A DNA stretch of 64,000 nucleotides from an uncultured candidate division Zixibacteria bacterium (GTDB taxonomy: Bacteria > Zixibacteria > MSB-5A5 > GN15 > PGXB01), in contig OY969724.1 in NCBI GenBank assembly GCA_963702205.1, positions 2,176,001 to 2,240,000 on the forward strand, in the 5' to 3' direction. Positions 9,311 through 19,412 of the stretch are shown here, piece by piece (positions within the stretch are counted from its first letter, which is position 1; each line of letters begins with the position of its first letter). Both the position numbers and the translations under genes were made by a program. Below the pieces are notes generated by a model. That model ran no database searches. It worked only from the letters and a program-made list of their open reading frames with translations, and was not told where the DNA came from.

Positions 9311-9898
9311 ATGACAGATGTACTGAAGATTTTCAAAGAAGCCGACGCCCTGCTGGAGGGTCATTTCAAACTTTCATCGGGCAAGCACAGCGACATCTAT
9401 TACGAGAAATTCAATATCCTCAAAAAACCGCGCCTGTGCGAGCAGGTCTGCATCGAGATGGCCAAGATGTTCGAAAATGACAATGTCGAACTGGTGGTCG
9501 GCCCGACTACCGGCGGCGTAATCATCGCGTTCGAAGTCGCCAAATATCTCGGGGTCGATGCCATCTATGCCGAAGGGGCCGACGACGGCAAAAGCCGGGT
9601 GTTCAAACGCGGGTTTTTTATCGACGAGGGAACGCGTGTACTTATCGTCGACGACGTCATGACTACCGGGCGGGCGATATTCGAGGTGATCGACCTGGTC
9701 AAGCAGTACAATGCCAACATTGTCGGGGTCGGCGTGTTTCTGGATCGCTCCGGCGGAGCGGTCAAGTTCGACTATCCTTTCAAGGCGCTCGCGACGGTCG
9801 ACGCCAGCCAGCGTACCTGGGAAGTGGCCGATTGCCCTCTATGTAAAAAAGGCATGCCCCTGACTCAACGCGGTTCAAGAAAGTTTCAAAAGGCATAG
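9311..9898 (+). CDS. pyrE: Orotate phosphoribosyltransferase
   Basis: GHFKLSSGKHS, VLIVDDVMTTG PRPP motif. Confidence 0.95.
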   Translation: MTDVLKIFKEADALLEGHFKLSSGKHSDIYYEKFNILKKPRLCEQVCIEMAKMFENDNVELVVGPTTGGVIIAFEVAKYLGVDAIYAEGADDGKSRVFKRGFFIDEGTRVLIVDDVMTTGRAIFEVIDLVKQYNANIVGVGVFLDRSGGAVKFDYPFKALATVDASQRTWEVADCPLCKKGMPLTQRGSRKFQKA

Positions 9899-9918
9899 AG
9901 GAACACTTATATGGCGAA

Positions 9919-10050
9919 GCAGGGCAGAACCCTTTCGAAGACCCTGATCTTTTGAAGGGTAGTGCTTCTGCCATTTTTATATACGCATATCTATCTGAAT
10001 AATTGAAAAAGATGGCAGGAGCGCTTCACTTCGTTCGGCTCCTGCCCTAC
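9919..10050. repeat. REP-like inverted doublet (REPIN-like)
   Basis: AGGGCAGAACCC...TTCTGCCA paired with TGGCAGGAGC...GCTCCTGCCCTAC; a sister doublet lies at 10507-10591. Confidence 0.65.
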
Positions 10051-10184
10051 TAAGAGCTCGACAAATTGCAGGGTTTCGCCTATTACGTGCCGTTGAAATC
10101 GGGATGGAATGCGGGATTCGAAGTGGCGGATTATGACCGGGATATTTTGGCGTCCGATTCCACTGTCTCCTGGTTTTTCCGGTA

Positions 10185-10388
10185 TTAAGAATCGCCGCGC
10201 GGCAGTTTGTCATTGAATTCGGCGATGATGGCATCGGCGTCGAGGCCCTTTTGTTTCAGGAAATCGCCGATTGATCCCCAGGCCGGTTCACCGCAGACGA
10301 TGCAGTTAGTACCTTTGGAAATAAGAAATGCATTCAGCGTGGGGAACTGATGAATCAGGTCTTCGATTTGGTCGTCGTATTTGATCAT
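10185..10388 (-). CDS. Small DUF1858-like protein with CxxC
   Basis: MIKYDDQIEDLIHQFP...GTNCIVCGEPAWGSIGD...GLDADAIIAEFN; only the last 67 aa of the 207-aa track ORF. Confidence 0.7.
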   Translation of the reverse strand: MIKYDDQIEDLIHQFPTLNAFLISKGTNCIVCGEPAWGSIGDFLKQKGLDADAIIAEFNDKLPRGDS

Positions 10389-10410
10389 GGCATTTATGCG
10401 CTTTATACTT

Positions 10411-10784
10411 TTGTCCCACTCCAAACAAGTTTGGAGTGGCCACCCGTCGGGCATGGGGCAGATGTGGACATCTGCCGCCCACTTTAACGCCGGAATGCAA
10501 TTTATCGTAGGGCAGAACCCTTTAGTGGTTCTGCCATCTTGGTTTGTCGGGATTTGGCAGGACCGCTTCGCTTCGCCTGGGTCCTGCCCTACGCGTGTAT
10601 ATTTATGAAGATGTCGGGTTTCACGAAAACTCGGAACCCGACCCGCCGCTAGCCGGTCGATCTGAGGATCGACCGAGCACAACATCAGGTCTTCGATTTG
10701 GTCGTCGTATTTTATCATGGCATTTATACGTTTTTGCTCGTTGCACCACCCGGGCATGGGGCAGATGTGGACATCTGCCGCCCA
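10411..10784. repeat. Mosaic cluster of REP-like palindromes plus partial duplication of the DUF1858 gene 5' end
   Basis: Hairpins CCACTCCAAAC..GTTTGGAGTGG, GGCAGATGTGGACATCTGCC (x2), GTAGGGCAGAACC..GGTTCTGCC, GTCGGGTT..AACCCGAC, CGGTCGATC..GATCGACCG. Confidence 0.7.
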
Positions 10785-10811
10785 CATTACAGGCCGGGCA
10801 CAACGCAAGGG

Positions 10812-11297
10812 CTAGGGCAATTCCTTTATCTTTTTTATTATTGCCGTGGTCGAGCAGCCGGGGGCGAGGTCGATGCGCTGAACTGAGCCGCCATACGATT
10901 TCACAAACTCCGCCCCGACTATCTCCGATTCTTTGTAATCGGCACCTTTGACGAGCACGTCGGGTCGCACCAGTTTAATCAATTTTTCCGGCGTTTCTTC
11001 ATCGAACAGGATGACAAAATCAACCGGCTTGAGGGCGGCGACGATTTGCAGGCGATCCTTCTCCGGCTGCACCGGCCGCGACGGGGATTTGAATTTCCTG
11101 ACCGAGCTGTCCGAATTGACGCCGACAATAAGTACATCCCCCAGCGCTTTGGCTTTGGTCAGATAGTCGACGTGGCCATAGTGCAGTATGTCAAATACGC
11201 CGTTAGTGAAAACGATTTTCTTGCCCTGCTTGCGCAGGGGAGAAGTGATGGTGTCGATTGATTTGGCGGTGTATGTGGTTAGTAGATTTTTGTTCAT
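10812..11297 (-). CDS. hldC: D-glycero-beta-D-manno-heptose 1-phosphate adenylyltransferase (RfaE domain II)
   Basis: FTNGVFDILHYGH, VGVNSDSSV, VLVKGADY. Confidence 0.93.
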   Translation of the reverse strand: MNKNLLTTYTAKSIDTITSPLRKQGKKIVFTNGVFDILHYGHVDYLTKAKALGDVLIVGVNSDSSVRKFKSPSRPVQPEKDRLQIVAALKPVDFVILFDEETPEKLIKLVRPDVLVKGADYKESEIVGAEFVKSYGGSVQRIDLAPGCSTTAIIKKIKELP

Positions 11298-11323
11298 GGC
11301 ATAGTAGTCTTATTAAATTAAAA

Positions 11324-12100
11324 TTAATACGTTTCTTTTATTCTTTGTGCTATTTCATACATTTCCTGAGGAGGATATGATGCAATTAAAACCCAAGTCA
11401 ACTCGGGTCCGAATACAAATCTTTCATTTATGTCTAAATAATGGTAGGTAGGGGTATTTTCAATAAAGCAATCATCATCCTTGAGTGCATAACTTGAAAA
11501 AACCGCTACTTCTAAACGACCCTTTGACGTTCCTTGGTGTAAAGAGTCATAGAAATCCCTTGGCTTAAGTCTTAGGCCATTCATAATGAAATTTGTTAAT
11601 GAGAAATGTGCCTGAATATTCTTTTGATTTTGAATATTCCAAATGTTTATGCCCGAATACATGGGATCATGATGGCGGGCCAAAATTGGGGGTTCATTGT
11701 TATTGGGAACATAACGAAAAACCACCGTTACTTTTGCAGACAAATTTTGTTTGCTAGAAGTTCCTATAATAAAGGCAGTTCTAATTTCACTTATAAACAA
11801 GCCTATGGTGTTATCATTTATGCAATATGGTTTTCCAAGATCAACCAATAAATTAGGGCCTTCTAAATAATGAATCTGTTTTCTTACATATTCTAATTGA
11901 GCCGTTGCAGCTTCTGCCTGAATTCTTGAAGCCTTAGCAATATCATTTGTCGCATATGTGTACCATAGCAGGGCGATCAAAGTCAAAACTAATAATACAA
12001 GATTAAGTTTATCCAATGTGGCAGAATTGGCATCAAATATGAAAATGCCAACGGATATCCCAATCAGAATTAAAGTTAATAATATAACTAGTATTTTCAT
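11324..12100 (-). CDS. AT-rich hypothetical membrane protein (two N-terminal TM helices)
   Basis: Intact ORF, visibly AT-rich versus neighbours, lies between hldA and hldC. Confidence 0.65.
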   Translation of the reverse strand: MKILVILLTLILIGISVGIFIFDANSATLDKLNLVLLVLTLIALLWYTYATNDIAKASRIQAEAATAQLEYVRKQIHYLEGPNLLVDLGKPYCINDNTIGLFISEIRTAFIIGTSSKQNLSAKVTVVFRYVPNNNEPPILARHHDPMYSGINIWNIQNQKNIQAHFSLTNFIMNGLRLKPRDFYDSLHQGTSKGRLEVAVFSSYALKDDDCFIENTPTYHYLDINERFVFGPELTWVLIASYPPQEMYEIAQRIKETY

Positions 12101-12109
12101 CGTCTTCAA

Positions 12110-12274
12110 TGTCAGGAGCACAGGGCTCCTGACCTACTTCAAGAATACTTTTGTGTCGGGTTTCTCGAAGACTCGGAACCCGACCTACTTAATTTGTCAG
12201 GAGCGCACGGCTCCTGACCTACTTCAAGAATACTTTTGTGTCGGGTTTCTCGAAGACTCGGAACCCGACCTACT
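12110..12274. repeat. Tandem duplication (~85-bp unit) of two GTAG-type REP hairpins
   Basis: [TGTCAGGAGC..GCTCCTGACCTAC-TTCAAGAATACTTTTG-TGTCGGGTTTCTCGAAGACTCGGAACCCGACCTAC] x2. Confidence 0.85.
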
Positions 12275-12286
12275 ACTTAAAGAATA

Positions 12287-13285
12287 TTATTTCTTAGCGT
12301 ACAGCTTATTTAATTCCTCAACTAGGGTCTCTTTGGTCACGCTGGCGGTGCCGATTTCGCCGACGACCACACCCGCGGCGCAGTTGGCGATTATGGCCGC
12401 TTCGGTCAAATCCGCTCCGGCGGCGACCGCCGAAACAAACACCGCGATAACGGTATCGCCTGCGCCGGTTACGTCGAACACTTTCTGGGCGACAGTCGGC
12501 AAATAGTCGATCTCGCCGCTGGCGTGGAAAAGCGCCATCCCTTTTTCACCGCGCGTGATCAGAATCGATTTGGCCTCCAGCCTTTCCAGCAACTCTTTGC
12601 CGACGACTTCAAGATCGTGATCGGAGCGTATTTTCCGCCCGGCCACAAACCCGGCTTCGTGATGGTTGGGTGTCACCACCGAGACTTTTTTATAGTGAAA
12701 GAAATGCGCGTCTTTAGGATCGACCGCGACAAATATATCTTTCTCGATACAAGCGGGGATTAGTTTCTCCAAAAGTGAACGAGTTATGACGCCTTTGCCA
12801 TAGTCCGAAATAATCACGGCTTTGATCTGGTCGGCAACTTTCTCGAACCGGTCGAGAATTACTTTTTCGACTTTGGCGGAGATTTCGAATGCGTCTTCTT
12901 TGTCGGCCCGGACCACCTGCTGCGAGTGCGCCACGATTCTGGTTTTAATCGTCGTCCGGCGCTCTTTATCGTCGACAAGGTAATCGTGAGAAATGTCGTT
13001 TTCTTTCAGCAGTTGCGACATCTTTATGGCGGCGTCATCAAGGCCGATGGTTCCGATAAGATAGGGGGTGTCGCCCAGCGAGCGGACGTTATTGGCGACG
13101 TTGGCGGCGCCGCCCAGACGGGTCTGCTCGTGGTTGATCTCGACTACCGGCACCGGTGCTTCGGGTGAAATCCGGCTGACGGTTCCGTGAAGGTATTCAT
13201 CGAGCATGACGTCGCCGAGTATTAATATCTTGGCTTTTCCGATATTGTCAGCTATCTTAACAACTTGATCAGTTTTATTTGGCAT
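12287..13285 (-). CDS. hldA: D-glycero-beta-D-manno-heptose-7-phosphate kinase (RfaE domain I)
   Basis: GDVMLDEY, RISPEAPVPV, SDYGKG, DVTGAGDT. Confidence 0.95.
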   Translation of the reverse strand: MPNKTDQVVKIADNIGKAKILILGDVMLDEYLHGTVSRISPEAPVPVVEINHEQTRLGGAANVANNVRSLGDTPYLIGTIGLDDAAIKMSQLLKENDISHDYLVDDKERRTTIKTRIVAHSQQVVRADKEDAFEISAKVEKVILDRFEKVADQIKAVIISDYGKGVITRSLLEKLIPACIEKDIFVAVDPKDAHFFHYKKVSVVTPNHHEAGFVAGRKIRSDHDLEVVGKELLERLEAKSILITRGEKGMALFHASGEIDYLPTVAQKVFDVTGAGDTVIAVFVSAVAAGADLTEAAIIANCAAGVVVGEIGTASVTKETLVEELNKLYAKK

Positions 13286-13378
13286 ACTACGAGCTTTTTA
13301 TCTATGATGGTTTAAATTTTTGCCAATATATTTATTATGTGGCCGTTTCACAAGAGAATTGAAGGAGTAAAAGATAAT

Positions 13379-13717
13379 ATGAATATGAAACAGCAGGCTC
13401 GGATTAATCTCGAAATCGACGATAAGGAGGCTGAAGGAATATATTCCAACCTAGCGCTTATCGCCCACAGCCCCAACGAGTTTATTTTCGATTTCGCGCG
13501 AATTATGCCGGGCGCCAAGAAAACCCGGGTGCAGGCGAGAATAATTATGACTCCGGCGCACGCCAAAATGCTGCGTAAAACCTTGGAGGAGAATTTAAAG
13601 AAATATGAGGACCAGTTCGGGGAAATAAAGGTCCACGGCGGTCCGGGAGATTTGCACAAAGGCAATATCGGCTTCGAATCGTCGCCACCATCCGAAGAAG
13701 GGAACAATGATGCCTAA
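13379..13717 (+). CDS. DUF3467 family protein
   Basis: EGIYSNLALIAHSPNEFIFDF...RIIMTPAHAK; AAGGAG SD. Confidence 0.85.
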   Translation: MNMKQQARINLEIDDKEAEGIYSNLALIAHSPNEFIFDFARIMPGAKKTRVQARIIMTPAHAKMLRKTLEENLKKYEDQFGEIKVHGGPGDLHKGNIGFESSPPSEEGNNDA

Positions 13718-15452
13718 AGGATATTTCGCATTCGTACTACACAATCACCTTCCTTATGTCATCTCGCACGGGCGCTGGCCACACGGCATGGACTGGCTAT
13801 CCGAAGCCGCCGCGGAAACGTATATGCCGCTGATACGCATCATGCACGAGATGATAGTCGAGGGCAAGAAACCTAAACTGACTGTTGATATTTCTCCGGT
13901 ATTGTGCGAGCAGTTGTCGGACAAGACGTTCAAGGAAGAGTTCAAGCATTACTTGAGCCAGAAAATAGAGGCGGCGCGTCAGGATACGGTCGAGTTCCAG
14001 AAATACAATCAGCCCGGTATGCTGGCCAATGCCCGCATGTGGCTCGATTTCTACAGCAAGACACTCGACAGTTTCCGCCTGATCAACGAGGATATAATCG
14101 CGCAGTTTAAAAAGCTGCAGGACGAGGGCTATCTCGAAATTATGACGTGCGGAGCGACGCACGGATATATGCCGCTTCTTTCATGCGATGAGACGGTACA
14201 GGCACAGGTTAAGGCGGCGGTGAAAAATTATGAAAAACATTTCGGCCGCAAGCCGCGCGGGATCTGGCTGCCCGAATGCGCCTATCGTCCGCGTTATCGC
14301 TGGATGCCGCCGATCGACGTCGAAGGCGTCGATGAACCGTACGACCGCAAAGGGGTGGATGAATTCCTGTCAGAAAACGGCATTGATTATTTTATCGTCG
14401 ACAGTCATCTGCTCAAGGGCGGCAAATCGATTGGTGTATATGTCGATCGGTATGAGGCTTTGAAGCGTCTTTGGGGCCAGTTCGAAAAGGAATACAAGCC
14501 GCGCAAGGAAGACAAGGCCAAAACGCCGCGCGAAGTGTACCTGGTGTCGTCGGCCGCCGAAGGCAAAAAGCCGACGGCCATTTTCACGCGCGATCCCGAA
14601 ACCGGTCTTCTGGTCTGGTCGGGTGAGCACGGTTATCCGGGCGACGGACACTATCTGGATTTCCACAAAAAACGTTTCCCCGGCGGCAATCGTTACTGGG
14701 CGGTGACCTCATCCAAGGCCGACCTGGCCGACAAGGTAGAGTACAACGTCGAGTCGGCGATGTCCCGCATTCCTGAAAACGCCGATCATTTCGCATCGAA
14801 AATCAGAGAGATTTTGATCGGGTATAACGGCTCATCGGGTCGCAAGGGTATGTTGACGGCGCCGTACGACGCCGAACTGTTCGGTCACTGGTGGTTCGAG
14901 GGCCCATTATTCCTGCAGGAAGTCATCCGCCGGATCCACGACGATCCCGATATCGACCTGACGTTTTTGAGTGAGCATTATGAGCGAGTGCGGCCATCGG
15001 AAATTATATCGCTTCCCGAGGGGAGCTGGGGACAGGGTGGTCATCATTATATCTGGCTCAACAAAGAGACGGAATGGACCTGGAAGCATATCTATTCCGA
15101 CGAGCGCAAGATGGTCGAGCTGGCCCGGCATTACACGGCCAATAAAGATGCGATCGATAATAAACTGGTCGACGTGCTCAAGCAGACAGCCCGCGAGTTG
15201 ATGCTTCTGGTGGCGTCCGACTGGCAATTTTTGATTTCCACCTGGGCGGCGCGGGATTACGCGGAGCTGCGGCTGTCGCAGCATCACAGCGATTTCAGAA
15301 AGCTGGCCGAGATGGCCGACGCGATGATCGCCGGGAAGTCGCCGTCGGACGGCGACTGGCAGTTCTACAAGGATTGCTGTACGCGTGACTCGCTCTTCGA
15401 TGAAATCGAGCTGGAGTGGTTCGCGCACGTCGAATATCCGGTGTACGCATAA
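13707..15452 (+). CDS. GH57 1,4-alpha-glucan branching enzyme (DUF1957)
   Basis: LHNHLPYV, ATHGYMP, GIWLPECAY, PYDAELFGHWWFEG, ASDWQF. Confidence 0.93.
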   Translation: MMPKGYFAFVLHNHLPYVISHGRWPHGMDWLSEAAAETYMPLIRIMHEMIVEGKKPKLTVDISPVLCEQLSDKTFKEEFKHYLSQKIEAARQDTVEFQKYNQPGMLANARMWLDFYSKTLDSFRLINEDIIAQFKKLQDEGYLEIMTCGATHGYMPLLSCDETVQAQVKAAVKNYEKHFGRKPRGIWLPECAYRPRYRWMPPIDVEGVDEPYDRKGVDEFLSENGIDYFIVDSHLLKGGKSIGVYVDRYEALKRLWGQFEKEYKPRKEDKAKTPREVYLVSSAAEGKKPTAIFTRDPETGLLVWSGEHGYPGDGHYLDFHKKRFPGGNRYWAVTSSKADLADKVEYNVESAMSRIPENADHFASKIREILIGYNGSSGRKGMLTAPYDAELFGHWWFEGPLFLQEVIRRIHDDPDIDLTFLSEHYERVRPSEIISLPEGSWGQGGHHYIWLNKETEWTWKHIYSDERKMVELARHYTANKDAIDNKLVDVLKQTARELMLLVASDWQFLISTWAARDYAELRLSQHHSDFRKLAEMADAMIAGKSPSDGDWQFYKDCCTRDSLFDEIELEWFAHVEYPVYA

Positions 15453-15463
15453 GAAATAGAAAG

Positions 15464-15612
15464 TGTCAGGTCTCAATTTCGTTTCACGAAATCAGGCCCT
15501 GACACAACTTGTAATATTTTGTCGGGTTTTTCGCTCAGCATCTGCGACGCCTCGCTCAGAACCCGACCTACTTGACTTCAAAGATGGATTCCGGGTCAAG
15601 CCCGGAATGACA
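15464..15612. repeat. Cluster of three REP-like palindromes
   Basis: TGTCAGG..CCTGACA, TGTCGGGTT..AACCCGACCTAC, TGGATTCCGGGTCAAGCCCGGAATGACA. Confidence 0.75.
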
Positions 15613-15690
15613 TTGCTCCAGAGTCTTGCCCCCAAAATCTCATAATCGTTTTTTATTGCAATATCGAATAATAAACCTGCATAATTAGCC

Positions 15691-15897
15691 ATGGCTGTGG
15701 AAAGTAAGATAAGAAAATGCCCCTACTGCGGCGAAGAAATTTCGCCGGTTGCGCTGGTGTGCAAGCACTGTCATGCGCCGCTGATGAAAAAGCCGAAGCC
15801 GAAACCTCCGTTCTGGCGCGGGCAGTTTATGCTCGGCGTATATTCGGGCATATTGTTTATGATATTGATGATCTATATTTTTAATAAGGCCTTTTAA
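15691..15897 (+). CDS. Small zinc-ribbon membrane protein
   Basis: CPYCGEEI..CKHCH followed by a C-terminal TM helix. Confidence 0.75.
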   Translation: MAVESKIRKCPYCGEEISPVALVCKHCHAPLMKKPKPKPPFWRGQFMLGVYSGILFMILMIYIFNKAF

Positions 15898-15980
15898 GCT
15901 TCTTTATAAAATCGACATAAATGCCCGGTCCGGCTTGACGTCGCTTGATATGATGCTTAAGTTCGGGACCGAACGTTAAG

Positions 15981-16589
15981 ATGAAAGAAAATACTATTAC
16001 ATCTGAACTGTCGTCCAAGGGTTACTGGCCGGCGGTGGCAAGGGAGTTTCTGGACGACAAGAAGTACGCCCGGGTGGTGGAGCTTTGCGCGGCGCGGCTC
16101 AAAGACCAACCGCAGCTGATTTCCGGGCGCTTGATATATGCCGAAGCTTTGTACCTGTCCGGACAGAATCAGACGGCCGAGGAGCAGTTTTATAAAGTGC
16201 TTCAGGCCGATCCGGATAATTTGCGGGCGCTGAAATATCTCGGTGATATAAAATTCGAATCGGGCCATCAGGCGACCGCGATGTCGTACTATGAGAGAAT
16301 ACAACAGTTGGAACCGGGGACGTCGGGTTTGTGTTGTTCGATTGAAGATTCCAAAAAAGAAATCACGAAAATAATGGTTCTTAAGAAAGGCGAAGAGAAG
16401 ACACCGGCGGCCGGACAAAAACTGCGGGAGCTTCCATTTAAAACCGAGACCATCGGCGAGCTGCTCCTGTCGCAGGGACACCCGCGTCTGGCGCTGGCGG
16501 TTTTTCAGGAGCTGGCGGACAAGACGCAAAACCCTCGCTTGAAGACAAGAGCCGAAGAAATCGAAGAGGCATTAAAAACAAAGGAATAG
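15981..16589 (+). CDS. Tetratricopeptide repeat protein
   Basis: TPR-like helices; C-terminal TETIGELLLSQGH motif. Confidence 0.8.
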   Translation: MKENTITSELSSKGYWPAVAREFLDDKKYARVVELCAARLKDQPQLISGRLIYAEALYLSGQNQTAEEQFYKVLQADPDNLRALKYLGDIKFESGHQATAMSYYERIQQLEPGTSGLCCSIEDSKKEITKIMVLKKGEEKTPAAGQKLRELPFKTETIGELLLSQGHPRLALAVFQELADKTQNPRLKTRAEEIEEALKTKE

Positions 16590-16592
16590 ACT

Positions 16593-17666
16593 ATGTATCG
16601 CGAACGAATAAAAAAACTCCAGGCATATCTCGCAAAAGAGAATCTCGACGGGTTTATTGTCACCGCCATGCCGCACATTCAATATCTCTGCGGTTTCACC
16701 GGTTCGACCGGAATTATGATCGTCCAGCAGAAAAAGGCCTTTTTCCTGACCGATTTTCGCTATCAGGAGCAGTCGAAAAAGCAGGTTAAGGGAGCGAAGA
16801 CGATTATCACTAAAAAAGCCGTTTATTCTGAGCTTAAGGACTTGGGACAATTTAATGCGAAAAATACTCGCTACGGCTTCGAAGCCGATCAGATTATCTG
16901 CAGCGATCTCGAAATTATAGAAAATGCCTTCGATAAAGCCATCCTGATTGCGACTACCGGAGTTTTCGAGCTGTTTTCCATAATAAAAGAAAAGCAAGAG
17001 CTCGAAATGATCGAAAAGGCGGTGGAAATTTCTGATATTGCCTTTGAGCGAATTTTGAGCATAATCAAGCCCGGAGTAAGAGAGAGCGAAGTTGCCGCCG
17101 AACTGGAATATCAGATGAAAATGCTGGGTTCGGAGAAGCCCTCGTTCGAGACAATAATCGCGTCTGGTTTTCGTTCGGCCATGCCCCACGGGATAGCATC
17201 GAACAAAAAGATCGCCCTCGGTGATTTTGTAACTCTTGATTTTGGAGCGACTTACAAAGGATATGTGTCAGATATTACACGTACCATTGTGGTTGGCAAT
17301 GCCACGGCAAAGCAGAAAAAAGTATATAGCATAGTCCTTAAAGCCCAAAAAACGGCCATAAAATGTGTGCGGCCGGGAGTGGATACGGCTAAAATAGACG
17401 CCGCCGCGCGGAACATTATTGATAAGGCCGGATATAAGAAGTATTTCGGCCATGGAACCGGCCACGGCATAGGTTTGTTGATTCATACCGAGCCCCGAAT
17501 CGGGACAGTTTCGACCGGGAGCGTGAAAAAGGGGATGGTTTTTACGGTTGAGCCCGGGATATATTTGCCCGGTTGGGGCGGAGTCAGGATTGAAGACGAC
17601 GTTTTGGTGACTTCCACAGGCGTCAAAGTTCTCAATTCGGCCGCAAAAAACTTATTGGAGCTATAA
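16593..17666 (+). CDS. Xaa-Pro aminopeptidase (M24B)
   Basis: Creatinase N domain; [31 protein letters not shown]. Confidence 0.95.
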   Translation: MYRERIKKLQAYLAKENLDGFIVTAMPHIQYLCGFTGSTGIMIVQQKKAFFLTDFRYQEQSKKQVKGAKTIITKKAVYSELKDLGQFNAKNTRYGFEADQIICSDLEIIENAFDKAILIATTGVFELFSIIKEKQELEMIEKAVEISDIAFERILSIIKPGVRESEVAAELEYQMKMLGSEKPSFETIIASGFRSAMPHGIASNKKIALGDFVTLDFGATYKGYVSDITRTIVVGNATAKQKKVYSIVLKAQKTAIKCVRPGVDTAKIDAAARNIIDKAGYKKYFGHGTGHGIGLLIHTEPRIGTVSTGSVKKGMVFTVEPGIYLPGWGGVRIEDDVLVTSTGVKVLNSAAKNLLEL

Positions 17667-17719
17667 TCCAAATTAGTTATCTTTTTGGGTCAAATTCTGC
17701 CCGTAAGGATAGATAAGAA

Positions 17720-18217
17720 ATGAATGAGAAAACTATTAAAAGATTGATAAGACTGGTGGAAGAATCGGAAGTAGATCAACTGGAGGTTACCAGTTGGGGC
17801 CGCAAGATAAAGATTACGCGCAGGTTGCCCGGAAGCAACAATGGCCATTCGGACGGCCCGGCCCTGATGGTGTCACCCCAGCCTGCCGCCGCCCCAGTGG
17901 CGACGCAGCCGGCTCCGCCCGTATCCGCACCGCCGGTCGCGGAGGTTCAGCCGCCCGCATCGGATGCCGACAACAAGTACGTAGAGATTAAGTCGCCTAT
18001 GGTGGGGACATTCTACTCTGCGCCGGCACCGGACGCGCCTCCGTATGCCAAGGTTGGAGATAAGGTCTCTGTCGGCACGGTCGTATGTATTGTCGAGGCG
18101 ATGAAACTGATGAACGAGATCGAATCCGAAGTCACCGGTTCCGTCATGAAAGTTATGGTCGAAAACGGCCAGCCGGTCGAATTTGGACAGGTCTTGTTCC
18201 TGATTAATCCGGATTAA
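17720..18217 (+). CDS. accB: Biotin carboxyl carrier protein
   Basis: [17 protein letters not shown]. Confidence 0.97.
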   Translation: MNEKTIKRLIRLVEESEVDQLEVTSWGRKIKITRRLPGSNNGHSDGPALMVSPQPAAAPVATQPAPPVSAPPVAEVQPPASDADNKYVEIKSPMVGTFYSAPAPDAPPYAKVGDKVSVGTVVCIVEAMKLMNEIESEVTGSVMKVMVENGQPVEFGQVLFLINPD

Positions 18218-18240
18218 TACTGTTTTAGGAGGCCGGCGGC

Positions 18241-19365
18241 ATGAATCTTAAGCAAATGCTGGTTGAGATGCTGGAACGCAAGGCATCCGACCTTCATCTT
18301 CGCGTTGGAATCCGCCCCAATATACGAGTCAATGGTTCGCTGGAAAAAATCGCCACTGACCCGCTTACGATAGACGAAATGCAGAATATCGTCGGGCAGA
18401 TTCTCAACGAACAACAATTGGAGCGGTTCAATCGCAAGAACGAGATGGACCTGGCTCTTTCGGTGGCCAAGCTCGGACGGTTTCGTATCAATATATATCG
18501 CCAGCGCGGGACCATCGGTATCGCCATACGTGCGGTCAATACCTTAGTGCCGAGTTTTGAAGAACTCCACCTGCCGAACGTCATCCGGGATTTATCCCTG
18601 GAAAAGCGCGGCTTGATTTGTGTAACCGGGACAACCGGTTCGGGTAAGTCGACCTCACTGGCGGCCATGCTGGAGCATATGAACGCCAACCGGATGGACA
18701 ATATCCTGACGGTCGAAGACCCGATCGAGTATATTTATCGTGACAAGAAATGCATTATTTCGCAACGAGAAGTTGGCGCCGATACCGAATCGTTTTCATC
18801 GGCTCTTCGTCACGCACTGCGGCAGGACCCGGATATTATCATGATCGGTGAAATCCGCGACGTGGAAACGATGTCGATCGCATTAACCGCGGCCGACACG
18901 GGGCATTTGGTCCTGACCACACTGCATACGCTGAACGCGGTCGAGACGATATCCCGTATCGTGTCGTTTTTCCCACCTCACCAGCACCAGCAGATTAGAT
19001 TGTTGCTGGCGGGGACGCTGACGGCCATTGTCGGGCAGCGGCTGTTACAGCGGTGCGATATGCCGGGACGAGTTCCGGCACTGGAGATACTGACGACAAC
19101 CGCCGCCGTAAGGGAATACCTTATGGACCCCGAAAAAACGTCGAGTATACCTGACCTTATCGAACAGGGTAAGCAGTACGGTATGCGAACGTTTGACCAG
19201 TCGATTCTGGAGCTGCACCGTCAAGGGAAGATTTCGTTCGAGGAAGCCATGGCCCAGTGTTCGAATCCGGATGATTTCGATTTGCGGGTCAAGGGTATTA
19301 TGGGAGCGGCCGACCGCTGGGGATCGGAAGCTTCGGACAAGACCGAAGATATAAAGAAGTTTTAG
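18241..19365 (+). CDS. pilT: Type IV pilus retraction ATPase PilT/PilU family
   Basis: ASDLHL, GTTGSGKST, EDPIE, LRQDPD, TGHLVLTTLHT. Confidence 0.9.
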   Translation: MNLKQMLVEMLERKASDLHLRVGIRPNIRVNGSLEKIATDPLTIDEMQNIVGQILNEQQLERFNRKNEMDLALSVAKLGRFRINIYRQRGTIGIAIRAVNTLVPSFEELHLPNVIRDLSLEKRGLICVTGTTGSGKSTSLAAMLEHMNANRMDNILTVEDPIEYIYRDKKCIISQREVGADTESFSSALRHALRQDPDIIMIGEIRDVETMSIALTAADTGHLVLTTLHTLNAVETISRIVSFFPPHQHQQIRLLLAGTLTAIVGQRLLQRCDMPGRVPALEILTTTAAVREYLMDPEKTSSIPDLIEQGKQYGMRTFDQSILELHRQGKISFEEAMAQCSNPDDFDLRVKGIMGAADRWGSEASDKTEDIKKF

Positions 19366-19412
19366 CATATATTTTTTTATTGGATTAGTACTACAACCGA
19401 ATAGGACTCGTT

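Noticed and set aside
10185..10808. 207-aa ORF with internal repeats
   Set aside because: The N-terminal 140 aa are translated REP palindromes and the duplicated segment; only the last 67 aa look like a protein
12110..12274. Possible CRISPR array
   Set aside because: Only two units with identical intervening sequence, REP-type CTAC ends and no cas genes
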